DNA of 64,000 bases from Candidatus Wolfebacteria bacterium RIFCSPLOWO2_01_FULL_47_17b (GCA_001793865.1 MGIS01000024.1:21525-85524), one strand, 5' to 3'; shown: positions 49,212 through 58,507, counted from the first letter of the stretch. Notes: a model not told the origin generated them from the sequence alone. Translations and numbers: made by a program.

Positions 49212-50210
49212 ATGTTTGATCAACTCACTTCATTTCAAAATCTGCACCAAGCGTATCGGGATGCGAGAAAAGCAAAAAGATATCGCCCCGCTATCCTGCG
49301 ATTTGGATGCATGCTTGAAAAGGAACTTCCAATACTGCGGGATGCATTGCGCAACGGGACGTATGTACACGGCACCTACAGGACATTTATTGTTTCCGAT
49401 TCCAAAAAACGAATCATTCAAGCAGCTCCATTTCGCGATCGAGTGGTGCACCACGCGGTGTGCAATGTGATAGAGCCATTGTTCGAGCGTACCTTTATAC
49501 ACGACTCATACGCGTGCCGAAAGGACAAGGGGACGCATGCGGCGGTCAAACGATTGCGTTCGTTCATGCAAAGTTGCGGGGGGGGGGGGTCCAGGGTCTT
49601 CTGCCTGAAATGCGACATATCCAAATACTTCGATTCCATAGATCACGGAATATTATTGGGGCTACTGAAGAAGGGGCTACGAAAAGAAACCAAGGTTGAA
49701 CCTTCGCAGACCAAGGTTCAACCTTGGTCACTTCTCAATCTCTGCGAGCAGATCATCCGAAGCGTTCCTTCGGGCGTACCCATAGGCAATCTCACGAGTC
49801 AATTATTCGCAAACATCTATCTCAATGAACTTGACCAGTATGTGAAACGCGTACTCAAAGAACGATACTATATCCGCTATATGGATGATTTTCTTATTTT
49901 GAGTACGGATGCAGAGCATTTGTACAAACAACGAGAGTGCATACGCGCATTTTTGCGGGATCGATTGAAGCTTGTTTTGCATCCAAAAAAATCATCCATA
50001 TTTCCAATCATGCCCAACGGCATAGATTTTCTAGGATATCGTGTGTTCACGCACCATGTGGAATTGCGGAGATCTACCGTACAAAGGTGGAAGAGAAAAT
50101 TCAAAAATCTTCCGGCGGATCTCAGATCGGACGCGATTCGTGATTGGAAAGGATACACGAAGCATGCGAAATCGTGGAAGACGGTTCAAGGATTGCGGAT
50201 TTTGAAGTAA
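49212..50210 (+). CDS. DGR reverse transcriptase
   Basis: 'IGNLTSQLFANIYLNELD' and 'YIRYMDDFLIL' (YxDD) motifs; upstream ORF-track start 49071 overlaps TR. Confidence 0.85.
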   Translation: MFDQLTSFQNLHQAYRDARKAKRYRPAILRFGCMLEKELPILRDALRNGTYVHGTYRTFIVSDSKKRIIQAAPFRDRVVHHAVCNVIEPLFERTFIHDSYACRKDKGTHAAVKRLRSFMQSCGGGGSRVFCLKCDISKYFDSIDHGILLGLLKKGLRKETKVEPSQTKVQPWSLLNLCEQIIRSVPSGVPIGNLTSQLFANIYLNELDQYVKRVLKERYYIRYMDDFLILSTDAEHLYKQRECIRAFLRDRLKLVLHPKKSSIFPIMPNGIDFLGYRVFTHHVELRRSTVQRWKRKFKNLPADLRSDAIRDWKGYTKHAKSWKTVQGLRILK

Positions 50211-51253
50211 TTGCGCGCGACGAACTCGTATTGCTTCATAAATAATTCTTTGAAATACGAAAGGTTGTTTTGTTCGTCAAAAAGCAGGATTGCTTTTTTG
50301 TACTCTTCCTCGTCCGTCGCGCGGTATGAAAGCGGCAATTTGTTATACGCGAGCAAGAGCGCGTTGCCGACCATTCTGCTTGTACGCTTGTTTCCATCCT
50401 CAAACGGTTGGATGTACGCAAGCAACGATATCGCAACGATTGTCTTTTCAAACGGATTTTTTATCTTATTCACCGTATTGCACGCATCTTTTATCGCTTC
50501 CTGAATTTGATATAGATTATCCAGCGGACGGTAATATGTTCCAGTTATTCCTACCGCCGTTTTGCGGATGTTGCCGGATATTTCCAAATTCTTTGTAAGG
50601 ATTTCGTGCAGATATTCGATATCCGCTATCGAAAGTTTTCTGAATTTTTTTGGATGCGATAAAACAAACGTCATTGCGTCTTTATGATTTAAAATCATCC
50701 GCGCCTCTTCGATTTTCTTGCCCTTTGCAGAAGTGTGTTTTTTGATGAGATTTTCGGTTTCGAGCAGGGTATAGGTATTTCCTTCTATTCGCGATGATTT
50801 CCAGCTGAACTCGATAATAAACCGTTCCAGCTCCTGTTTTTTGATTGCGGGAGGCACGTACTTTTTTCGTGTACGCGCGGCATCGGTTGTATTTTGAAGC
50901 ATTTTTCTCTCCTGGGTATTCAGTAGTGCCGTCTTTTGCAGTATTGAAAATATGCTCTGATTGAATCGCGTTTGAATTTCTTCAGCCCTTCGTTCGCCGG
51001 AGAAATATTTCGATATCTGTACGGGCTTCATAAGCTTGTATAGAGGTGTTATGGAATATGTGCGAGCCCGCGCAGAGCCTGTGCAGGCAATAAATCTATT
51101 CTTTTTCAGGAATGCCAAATCACGCTTTAGTGTCACGAATGATGCGCTGTGCACTGAATTGGTAAGTATTTTTTGAATTTCTCCAGAAGAAACAGGTTGG
51201 TTCGCGGGGATTATGTGGAGTATTTCAGTTTGTCTTTCATTTATTTTGACCAT
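50186..51253 (-). CDS. Fic/DOC family protein
   Basis: Fic motif 'HPFEDGNKRTSRMVGNALLL'. Confidence 0.8.
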   Translation of the reverse strand: MVKINERQTEILHIIPANQPVSSGEIQKILTNSVHSASFVTLKRDLAFLKKNRFIACTGSARARTYSITPLYKLMKPVQISKYFSGERRAEEIQTRFNQSIFSILQKTALLNTQERKMLQNTTDAARTRKKYVPPAIKKQELERFIIEFSWKSSRIEGNTYTLLETENLIKKHTSAKGKKIEEARMILNHKDAMTFVLSHPKKFRKLSIADIEYLHEILTKNLEISGNIRKTAVGITGTYYRPLDNLYQIQEAIKDACNTVNKIKNPFEKTIVAISLLAYIQPFEDGNKRTSRMVGNALLLAYNKLPLSYRATDEEEYKKAILLFDEQNNLSYFKELFMKQYEFVARNYFKIRNP

Positions 51254-51273
51254 ATTTTATGCCGTTCTATCTT

Positions 51274-51319
51274 AAATCGTATCATTCTAACATAAAAATC
51301 GTATCATATATGATACGAT
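51274..51319. promoter_or_regulatory. candidate operator upstream of fic: 24-nt perfect palindrome AATCGTATCATATATGATACGATT plus extra half-site
   Basis: Exact palindrome 51296-51319, half-site copy 51274-51284, -10-like 'TAGAAT' nearby on minus strand. Confidence 0.45.
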
Positions 51320-51444
51320 TACGCAATTGTACGTGGAAGCGTACGGTATACACGGAATGAAACCGCGCGCAGGCTGACGAGCCGAGTGCAGGGAGTTTGC
51401 GAGCACGCAAAACTCCCGAGTTGAATGGAGTGTATAACCGTACG

Positions 51445-53184
51445 CTACACCTCTATCACAACCGGAAGCACCATCGGGCGGCGCTTGGTTTTGGAATAGA
51501 GGAATGAGCCGAGCTGGTCGCGGATGAGCGCTTTGAGGTAGTCGGGCTCTATGGACTGCGCCCGCGGAATTCGGTTGACGATCACTTTGATTCGCTTGCG
51601 GATATCTTCCACAAACTCTTTGTTCATTTTCAGGTTAATAAATCCCCGCGAGATGATGTCGGGATTTTTCAAAAATCTTCCGGTGCGGCGATCGAGCGTG
51701 GAAATGACCACAATCATTCCTTCGCTTGAAAGTGCCTGGCGGTCGCGCAGAACCACTTCTTCCACGTCCCCGACACCCAGTCCGTCCACCATCACATAGT
51801 TTGCCGGTACCATCATGTCTGTTGCGATGACTTTGTCCGGCAAAAGATCCACGATCTGACCATTGTCCACGAGTATACAATTTTTCTCGGGCACTCCCAT
51901 TTCTTGCGCGTTTTCGCAGTTTGCCGAACGCATATAATACATACCGTGGATGGGAAGGAAAAACTTCGGCTGTACGGTCTTAATCATAAGTTTGAGGTCT
52001 TCGGCGGGGCCATGGCCTCCGGAGTGCACATCGATATCCTGCGTCTGGATGACTTTGGCGCCCTGGCGCGTGAGGTTGTCTTTGAGTGTCTGGATCGCCA
52101 TTTCATTTCCGGGAATAATTGACGATGAAAAGATAATCGTATCTCCTTTTTTGACGGATACGTACCTGTTTTCGCCGTTCGCGATCTTCATCATACTCGC
52201 GCGCGGCTCTCCCTGGGCTCCGGTGCTGAGGATGAGAACCTTGTCATCTTTATATTTCCGTATTTCTTCTACAGGAACGATGGTTCCTTTTTTTACTTTT
52301 ATGTAGCCGAGATTCTGCGCAATTTGGAAGTTTGTTTTGAGTGAAAAGCCGCTCAGGATGACTTTTTTGTCGAGCTTTTCGGCTATCTTTACGATCTCGC
52401 CGGCGCGCGTCAGTAAAGACGCGAACATACCGACAATAATCCGCCCCTTTGCTTTGGCGAGGATGTCCTCGATGTTCTTTTGTACGATTTCTTCGGAAAG
52501 CGATTTGCCCTGCTTCCACGCGGAGGTGCTATCCAGAAAAAGCGTATGGATGCCGTGCTTTTTCATCTTTTCGAATGAGCCGAGGTCTTTTGGATTTCCT
52601 TTCGCGTCAAAATCAATTTTGAGGTCGGTGCAGTACGCGAAATTTCCGACAGGGGTTTCGATGACCAAGCCGATCGAGTCGGGGATCGTATGCTCGATCT
52701 CGTAGAAATGCACCTTGATATGCTCGGATATCTGCATGCTTTGCCCGTCTTTTATACTGTGGATGATGGGCTTGGCCGCGTGAGAATAATCCTCCTGCCG
52801 CCTTTTTATGATTTCGCGGGTGAGGTCGGTTGCGTAGATGGGTATTGAGGCGCCAAGTTTATCCAGCAAGTGAGGAATGCCGCCGATGTGATCATAGTGC
52901 CCGTGTGTAATGATGATTCCCTTTATGTTGTGGCGCTTGGGGAGCAGTGATTCCACGTTGGGAATAATGTAGTCAATCCCTGGCGTGTTTTCTTCGGGGA
53001 ACTGCAGCCCCATGTCTATGAGCAGTATTTCGTTTTTATATTCGAACACGGACATATTGCGCCCGATTTCCTCAAGCCCGCCCAGCCCGATAAAACGAAC
53101 GCCGTCGCCAGAGGATCGCGGAGCTTGTTTACCGACAGTGGAATGAAGAGGTCGCCGTAGCGTTCTTTTTTTAGTAGTTTGCAT
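51445..53184 (-). CDS. rnj: ribonuclease J
   Basis: 'ITHGHYDHIGGIPHL' MBL motif, beta-CASP plus C-terminal domain, 579 aa. Confidence 0.85.
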   Translation of the reverse strand: MQTTKKRTLRRPLHSTVGKQAPRSSGDGVRFIGLGGLEEIGRNMSVFEYKNEILLIDMGLQFPEENTPGIDYIIPNVESLLPKRHNIKGIIITHGHYDHIGGIPHLLDKLGASIPIYATDLTREIIKRRQEDYSHAAKPIIHSIKDGQSMQISEHIKVHFYEIEHTIPDSIGLVIETPVGNFAYCTDLKIDFDAKGNPKDLGSFEKMKKHGIHTLFLDSTSAWKQGKSLSEEIVQKNIEDILAKAKGRIIVGMFASLLTRAGEIVKIAEKLDKKVILSGFSLKTNFQIAQNLGYIKVKKGTIVPVEEIRKYKDDKVLILSTGAQGEPRASMMKIANGENRYVSVKKGDTIIFSSSIIPGNEMAIQTLKDNLTRQGAKVIQTQDIDVHSGGHGPAEDLKLMIKTVQPKFFLPIHGMYYMRSANCENAQEMGVPEKNCILVDNGQIVDLLPDKVIATDMMVPANYVMVDGLGVGDVEEVVLRDRQALSSEGMIVVISTLDRRTGRFLKNPDIISRGFINLKMNKEFVEDIRKRIKVIVNRIPRAQSIEPDYLKALIRDQLGSFLYSKTKRRPMVLPVVIEV

Positions 53185-53203
53185 AGTTATTAATGATTAT
53201 TTG

Positions 53204-53284
53204 TGGGCGAGAGAGGATTTGAACCTCCATGGATTGCTCCACACGCTCCTGAAGCGTGCGCGTCTGCCATTTCGCCACTCGCCC
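53204..53284 (-). tRNA. tRNA-Leu (anticodon CAG), type II with long variable arm
   Basis: Manual fold: acceptor GGGCGAG/CTCGCCC, anticodon loop TTCAGGA, T-loop GGAGGTTCAAATCCTCT. Confidence 0.75.
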
Positions 53285-53288
53285 ATGG

Positions 53289-53966
53289 TTATTCAAATGG
53301 GTATAGCGGGTCGTTATTCTTTGGTGCGGTTATTTTTTTGGCCGTATAGCCGGACAGCCGGGGATTTTTTTTGAATGTCAGTTTTTGTTTATCCCATACG
53401 GGGAACAGTGCGGGGCCGTGTGTGCGTCGAAAAAAATCGTAGTCTGAAGAGTGCTTTTTTGCTGTGAAAATATTTGCAATAACAAGTGGTGTGCCGCGGG
53501 ATGCCTGTATGGTTATATGTCCGTACACGCCGGGAATATGTACATACGATCCTTCCTCTGCGCGTACGAGTATGATTTCTTTTTTAGTAGCGTGCTGCAG
53601 GTAGAACAGACCTTGTCCGTGAAGTACCTGGTACAGTTCGGCTGGCCGAGTACTACCGATTCGTTTGTGTATGTGGCCTATGGTCCGTACGGCTTCCGGG
53701 CCGATGGTTCCATACTGCAGGACGGTTATATCGTATCGAATGCCCTGTTTTCTGAACAGTTGCGTATGCGAAGGGAATCGAACGTTACGGTAAATATAAT
53801 ACAATGGTTTGGGAATTGCAAGTGTCCGGGTGTGCGGCATAAAAAATTCTTCATTTCCAGCGTAGTGCCGTTTTTCCACTGGGTCGTGCTCCAGCTTGGA
53901 AGAAAATATAAGGCCGCGCTTCGTGAGTGTTATTGGAAGGCCTGAGATGTGTTGTAGGGAAATCAT
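53289..53966 (-). CDS. cupin-type glucose-6-phosphate isomerase-like protein
   Basis: 'TIGHIHKRIGSTRPAELYQVLHGQGLFYLQ' matches cPGI metal-binding pattern. Confidence 0.5.
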   Translation of the reverse strand: MISLQHISGLPITLTKRGLIFSSKLEHDPVEKRHYAGNEEFFMPHTRTLAIPKPLYYIYRNVRFPSHTQLFRKQGIRYDITVLQYGTIGPEAVRTIGHIHKRIGSTRPAELYQVLHGQGLFYLQHATKKEIILVRAEEGSYVHIPGVYGHITIQASRGTPLVIANIFTAKKHSSDYDFFRRTHGPALFPVWDKQKLTFKKNPRLSGYTAKKITAPKNNDPLYPFE

Positions 53967-53984
53967 GAGAGAATTATAAATTTT

Positions 53985-54060
53985 AAATTATAAATCAGTT
54001 TTTAATTACTAAATTATAAAATTCAGACCTTGATTTTAAATTTATAATTTATAATTGGAA
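53985..54060. repeat. AT-rich hairpin (ATAAATTTTAAATTATAAATCA / TGATTTTAAATTTATAATTTAT), distinct from GAATTTC family
   Basis: ~22-nt inverted arms between convergently ordered minus-strand genes. Confidence 0.5.
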
Positions 54061-54061
54061 A

Positions 54062-55732
54062 TTAACGTGATACCCGTTTTGTCTTCGCATACCATTCGGT
54101 GATGCGGACAAAGCGGGCGTCGGGCGTCGCGATGGTGTCTATGGGAGCGCCGATTGTATGCGCTTGCGTGAGATATATGTACTGCGGGGAAGCTATGAAG
54201 AGTGCGGGTGTTTGGGAGACGATCTCTTGTGCAAGAATCGCCAGCGTTTCATTCCTGGATTGCGATTGAGGATCGATGGATCGCAGCTGCAAAAGTAGTT
54301 CATCTATGGTGCCGCTTTCATAAAGCGAGAAGTTAAGTCCCGGGTAAAACCGTTCGTTTGAATGCCAGAACGATGTAAGATCCGGCATAGGGAGTAGAAT
54401 ATTCCCATATATGATCATTTCGTAGTTTCTAGTTTTCAGTACATCTTCGGAAAAGAGATTTGCGTCGGTTGTTTCAATCTTCGTTTTGATCCCGACGGTT
54501 TCCCATTGGTTCCGCACCGATTCGGCGATTTGCCGCACGATCGGAGAGTCGGGGATTTTTATGGTGAACATAAGTTGCGCGAGCGTTTCATCGTCGGTTA
54601 CCGTATTCCATGTGCGAGTTTCGTCGTCAAAGAACCACCCGTTGTCTTCAAGCAGGCGATGGGCTTCATCGGTATTTCCTTGGGCTGGTACGGGGTTTTG
54701 AAGCGCGGTATCTTGGTATGCCGGCAACGGTCCTTGTTGAACCACTGCGTGTCCCGCGAAAACATCTTGTATAAGTGCTTCGCGGTCCACAAAGAGCCAT
54801 AGTGCGCGTCGTACCGCGGGTGACGCCAGGGCGGAATGCGCATTCTGGTTCAGGAACACCGCGTAGTATCGGGACGTTGAAATATTGTTTTGTTGGGTGT
54901 TTATTTCGGCGTATTCGGCAATGCGAGGCGTAAAACTGCCGAATCCGTCTATCAGTCCCTTATTGAACGAACGCATGAGTAAATCTTCGTTTTCAAAGTA
55001 CAGCATTACGAATCGATCCAGGTGTGGCAGTGTGCCGATCGCGTGGTACCGTTCGTTTTTCTTCATAAATATGCTTGTAATAAAGCCGTCCGCGCGCTTT
55101 TCGAGCTCCTCGAATACGAATGGTCCGCTTCCGATAGGCTTGAGGTTAAATGCCGAAAGCCGAATATTCGCAGGAGAAAGATCGGCAAAGTATTTCTTCG
55201 GGATGGGGCGAAGATCGTGCAGGAGATTTTCGAAGAGCGCGTAGGTATTGACTGTTTCAAAGAGAACTTCCCGTTCGCTGACGCGCTCAACGCTTACGTT
55301 CTGCCAGTTGGAAAAATGCGGACTTGCCGCGTCTGTGTTTTGGATGATTTGTACGGTGAATACAATGTCGTCGCTTGTAACGGGGGTGTTGTCGTGCCAA
55401 ACGGCTTCCTCTTTCAAGCGCAGACTCCAGCTCCTGAACTCCTCATCGTGTTCAATAAGCTCGGCAAGATCGTAGACTGAGGCAAACAGGAGTGCTACCG
55501 CGTCCCGGTCCGCGCTGCCTTCCCGCGCAAGCACGGGATTGAGGTAGGCGACCTGTCCGACAACTCCTTCGGTGAACGTACCACCCTGTGCCGGTACCGA
55601 CACGGTGTAGGTGTTGATAAGCTGGATGATCAAAAGCACGCCCGTTAGGAGTACGAGCGCCGAACACACCAGAAAGATCGTGAACTCTTTGGGTGAGAAA
55701 GATTTGATAGCGGACAAAAACGTGTGAAGCAT
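54062..55732 (-). CDS. extracellular solute-binding protein, family-5 (peptide/nickel ABC SBP-like), membrane-anchored
   Basis: N-terminal TM anchor, size/pattern of SBP_bac_5; no adjacent ABC permease. Confidence 0.45.
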   Translation of the reverse strand: MLHTFLSAIKSFSPKEFTIFLVCSALVLLTGVLLIIQLINTYTVSVPAQGGTFTEGVVGQVAYLNPVLAREGSADRDAVALLFASVYDLAELIEHDEEFRSWSLRLKEEAVWHDNTPVTSDDIVFTVQIIQNTDAASPHFSNWQNVSVERVSEREVLFETVNTYALFENLLHDLRPIPKKYFADLSPANIRLSAFNLKPIGSGPFVFEELEKRADGFITSIFMKKNERYHAIGTLPHLDRFVMLYFENEDLLMRSFNKGLIDGFGSFTPRIAEYAEINTQQNNISTSRYYAVFLNQNAHSALASPAVRRALWLFVDREALIQDVFAGHAVVQQGPLPAYQDTALQNPVPAQGNTDEAHRLLEDNGWFFDDETRTWNTVTDDETLAQLMFTIKIPDSPIVRQIAESVRNQWETVGIKTKIETTDANLFSEDVLKTRNYEMIIYGNILLPMPDLTSFWHSNERFYPGLNFSLYESGTIDELLLQLRSIDPQSQSRNETLAILAQEIVSQTPALFIASPQYIYLTQAHTIGAPIDTIATPDARFVRITEWYAKTKRVSR

Positions 55733-55948
55733 TTATAACAACAAATTTGCCAATGACGTAGCGATAAACAAGACCAAACCCACAATAGTTGCGGTGTGAA
55801 GGTATTTTTCGATGCCTCTGCGCTGGGTGGTAAATTCCGCTCCTCCTCCAAACGCTTCTCCGACTCCGCCGCCCCGTTCTTGCACGAGCACGAGTATGAT
55901 GAGTATGACCGCAATTGCCAGTTGCGCAACTGATAAAATGGTGGACAT
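55733..55948 (-). CDS. secG: preprotein translocase subunit SecG
   Basis: 71 aa, two TMs with Gly-rich 'ERGGGVGEAFGGGAEF' loop. Confidence 0.75.
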   Translation of the reverse strand: MSTILSVAQLAIAVILIILVLVQERGGGVGEAFGGGAEFTTQRRGIEKYLHTATIVGLVLFIATSLANLLL

Positions 55949-55961
55949 AAAAATAATTTAA

Positions 55962-56405
55962 TCACTCCTTTTTCTTAGAGGACTTTGATGTAAGATAGTT
56001 AGCCACACTTATGATTACTGTAGCATAGACGAGCGGAAAAAGTCCAGCAATGGTGATTTCTGTTAGTACAAAGTCTACGCCATAGAGTAAAAGCGCGTTT
56101 ACCACAAGTACACCCAGCCCCAGCGTGATGAATATGACTGGGCTGAAGATGAGCTTGAGTATGGGCCGGATAAAGATGTTTACGAGCGTCAGTACCGCGG
56201 CGACCTTGAGGTATGCCTCAACGCTTGGCACGACGTCAAAACCGTCGATGAAATACTGCGATACATACAGTGCCGCGCCGTTTGCAAGCAATTGGATCAG
56301 TATTCGGGAGATGAATGACATGGCTCTAGTATATCCCATTGTATTCCTATTTTCCACATGCAATGAGTTTAGATGTGCTATACTGAAGAGGTAATTCATT
56401 AGCAT
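55962..56405 (-). CDS. PF04020-family (phage holin 4_2-like) 4-TM membrane protein
   Basis: 'IRPILKLIFSPVIFITLGLGVLVVNALLLY' pattern. Confidence 0.5.
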   Translation of the reverse strand: MLMNYLFSIAHLNSLHVENRNTMGYTRAMSFISRILIQLLANGAALYVSQYFIDGFDVVPSVEAYLKVAAVLTLVNIFIRPILKLIFSPVIFITLGLGVLVVNALLLYGVDFVLTEITIAGLFPLVYATVIISVANYLTSKSSKKKE

Positions 56406-56445
56406 TTAAAGGTCGCTTTTGTTTATCGTATATTGATTTAACCAT

Positions 56446-57114
56446 ATGTGGACAGATATCATAACTCAGTCGTTTCAAAACGCATGGGTCGTGGTTGTGA
56501 ATTTTTTGCCGTCGTTTATCGCGGCTTTGATCATCCTCATCATCGGTCTTTTGGTAGCATCGGTGCTGCGGACGATTTTCGAGCGGATTATAACTGTGTT
56601 GCAACTTGATTCGGTTTTGCGCAAGCTTGGACTTGAAGCGGCATTGCAACGCGGCGGCCTCGCGCTTAATAGCGCACGGTTTATCGGCGCGCTGGTGTAT
56701 TGGTTCTTTGTCGTTGTGACGGTGCTTGCAGCATCAGATATTCTTGGATTGTGGGGTCTTTCTTCGTTCCTGAACGAAGTACTGCTCTACTTCCCGAATG
56801 TGATCGCCGCGGTGCTCATCTTGGTGGCGGCGATACTGGTTGCCAACTTCCTTCGCTCGCTCGTACGCGCGTCGGTCAAGGGCGCGAAACTGCATGGTGC
56901 CAAGTTTCTTGGTACGCTCACCTGGTGGATAGTCGTAGTATTCGGATTTCTGGCAGCGCTTCTGCAGCTGGGAGTCGCGACCGAACTTATCCAGTCAGTT
57001 GTTGTCGGCGTCATCGGCATGTTTGCGCTCGCCGGGGGTCTTGCATTCGGACTTGGTGGCAAGGATTACGCGGCGGCGTGGATCTCAAAATTCAAAAGCC
57101 ATACCGAAGAATAA
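56446..57114 (+). CDS. membrane protein with MscS-N-terminal-like TM helix repeats
   Basis: Repeated TM hairpins; weak family assignment. Confidence 0.35.
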   Translation: MWTDIITQSFQNAWVVVVNFLPSFIAALIILIIGLLVASVLRTIFERIITVLQLDSVLRKLGLEAALQRGGLALNSARFIGALVYWFFVVVTVLAASDILGLWGLSSFLNEVLLYFPNVIAAVLILVAAILVANFLRSLVRASVKGAKLHGAKFLGTLTWWIVVVFGFLAALLQLGVATELIQSVVVGVIGMFALAGGLAFGLGGKDYAAAWISKFKSHTEE

Positions 57115-57120
57115 TTCAGT

Positions 57121-57176
57121 AAAACACCGCTGGTCTGCCATCCGTCAGCGGATGGAGGCGAAGCGGTGTTTTTGTA
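57121..57176 (+). terminator. rho-independent terminator (compound hairpin followed by T5)
   Basis: AAAACACCGCT...AGCGGTGTTTTT outer stem with inner CCATCCG-TCAG-CGGATGG hairpin. Confidence 0.6.
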
Positions 57177-57247
57177 CTTGCATTTCCCATTTACGATGCT
57201 AGAATAATTCTATTCAGATCCGCTGCTCAGCGGATTTATTTAAGGAC

Positions 57248-58483
57248 ATGCTCGATATCAAAATGGTGCAAAAGGCGGTCGAACAGCTGGCCGCGGAAAA
57301 GGATCTTGATCCGAAGCAAATTATGGAGGCGCTCGAAGCGGCGCTTGTTTCCGCGTATAAAAAAGAATACAACAAGCGCGGTGAAGTGATCCGCTGCAAT
57401 TTGGACACCAAGACCGGCGATATGCATTTCTACCAGATAAAGACCGTGGTAGATGATACGCTTGTGAGGTTCCCGGTAGAGGGGGAGGAAGAAGAACAGC
57501 AACGCGTTGAGGAGCCACGGCGTGAAGTCGGGGTTCCGGCCGAAACTTCGGAAGAGCAACTGCCGTTGTTTAACGAAGAGCGCCACATGACGCTTGATGA
57601 GGCAAAAAAGGTAAAGAAAGACGCCGCTGTGGGCGACGAGTTTACATTTGATCTCGAGACTCCTTCTATGGATTTCGGGCGCATTGCCGCGCAGACCGCA
57701 AAGCAGGTCATTATGCAGAAATTGCGCGAGATCGAAAAAGACGCCATTAAAAAGGAGTTTGAGGGTCGCGTTGGAGAGCTTGTGACTGGTGTTTTACAGC
57801 GCATCGAACGGGGGAATGTATTTGTGGATTTAGGGCGCGCGTCTGGTGTTATGTTTTTTTCAGAGGCGATCCCCGGCGAGCATTACCGTATCGGCGAGCG
57901 GCTGAAGTTTTATCTTTTGCAGGCGCAGGAGAGCGGCCGGGGGCCGAATCTGCTGTTATCCCGCTCGCATCCCCGCTTTGTTACAAAACTTTTTGAACTT
58001 GAAGTTCCCGAAATCGCGGATGGCGTGGTACAAATAAAGGGTATTGTGCGGGAGCCGGGTAGCCGGTCCAAGATTGCGGTTGCGACCGAGGAGGACGGCG
58101 TGGATCCGGTTGGATCGTGCGTGGGTCAGCGAGGCGCGCGCGTGCTTGCGGTAACCAGCGAACTTGGAAGCGAAAAAACCGATATTATCGAATGGTCTGC
58201 GGATCCAGAAAAATATGTGTCGGCAGCTTTGAGTCCAGCGACCGTTACGGCGGTTGAGCGCACCGGAGACCGTGAGGTCCGCGTACTTGTTCCTGAGGAT
58301 CAGCTGAGTCTTGCGATCGGCAAAGGGGGGCAAAATGCCCGCCTCGCGGCGCAGCTGACCGGTATGAAAATCGATATTCGTTCGCAATCCCGCCCCGAAG
58401 AGAAGCAGGAGGGAGGGGTCGCCGAAGTGCCCGAAGGCGAAGAGGCTATGTCTGAGGAGAAAAATGAGGACGCCGAAGAGTAA
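57248..58483 (+). CDS. nusA: transcription termination/antitermination factor NusA
   Basis: N-terminal domain, S1 'GELVTGVLQRIERGNVFVDLG', two KH domains, acidic tail. Confidence 0.9.
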   Translation: MLDIKMVQKAVEQLAAEKDLDPKQIMEALEAALVSAYKKEYNKRGEVIRCNLDTKTGDMHFYQIKTVVDDTLVRFPVEGEEEEQQRVEEPRREVGVPAETSEEQLPLFNEERHMTLDEAKKVKKDAAVGDEFTFDLETPSMDFGRIAAQTAKQVIMQKLREIEKDAIKKEFEGRVGELVTGVLQRIERGNVFVDLGRASGVMFFSEAIPGEHYRIGERLKFYLLQAQESGRGPNLLLSRSHPRFVTKLFELEVPEIADGVVQIKGIVREPGSRSKIAVATEEDGVDPVGSCVGQRGARVLAVTSELGSEKTDIIEWSADPEKYVSAALSPATVTAVERTGDREVRVLVPEDQLSLAIGKGGQNARLAAQLTGMKIDIRSQSRPEEKQEGGVAEVPEGEEAMSEEKNEDAEE

Positions 58484-58507
58484 ATAATGTATACTACACA
58501 TATGAAT

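Noticed and set aside
57200-57245. Hairpin GATCCGCTGCTCAGCGGAT upstream of nusA
   Set aside because: It could be a small terminator or attenuator, but it lacks a T-tract and lies just downstream of the stronger terminator at 57121-57176. Evidence is insufficient for a separate call.
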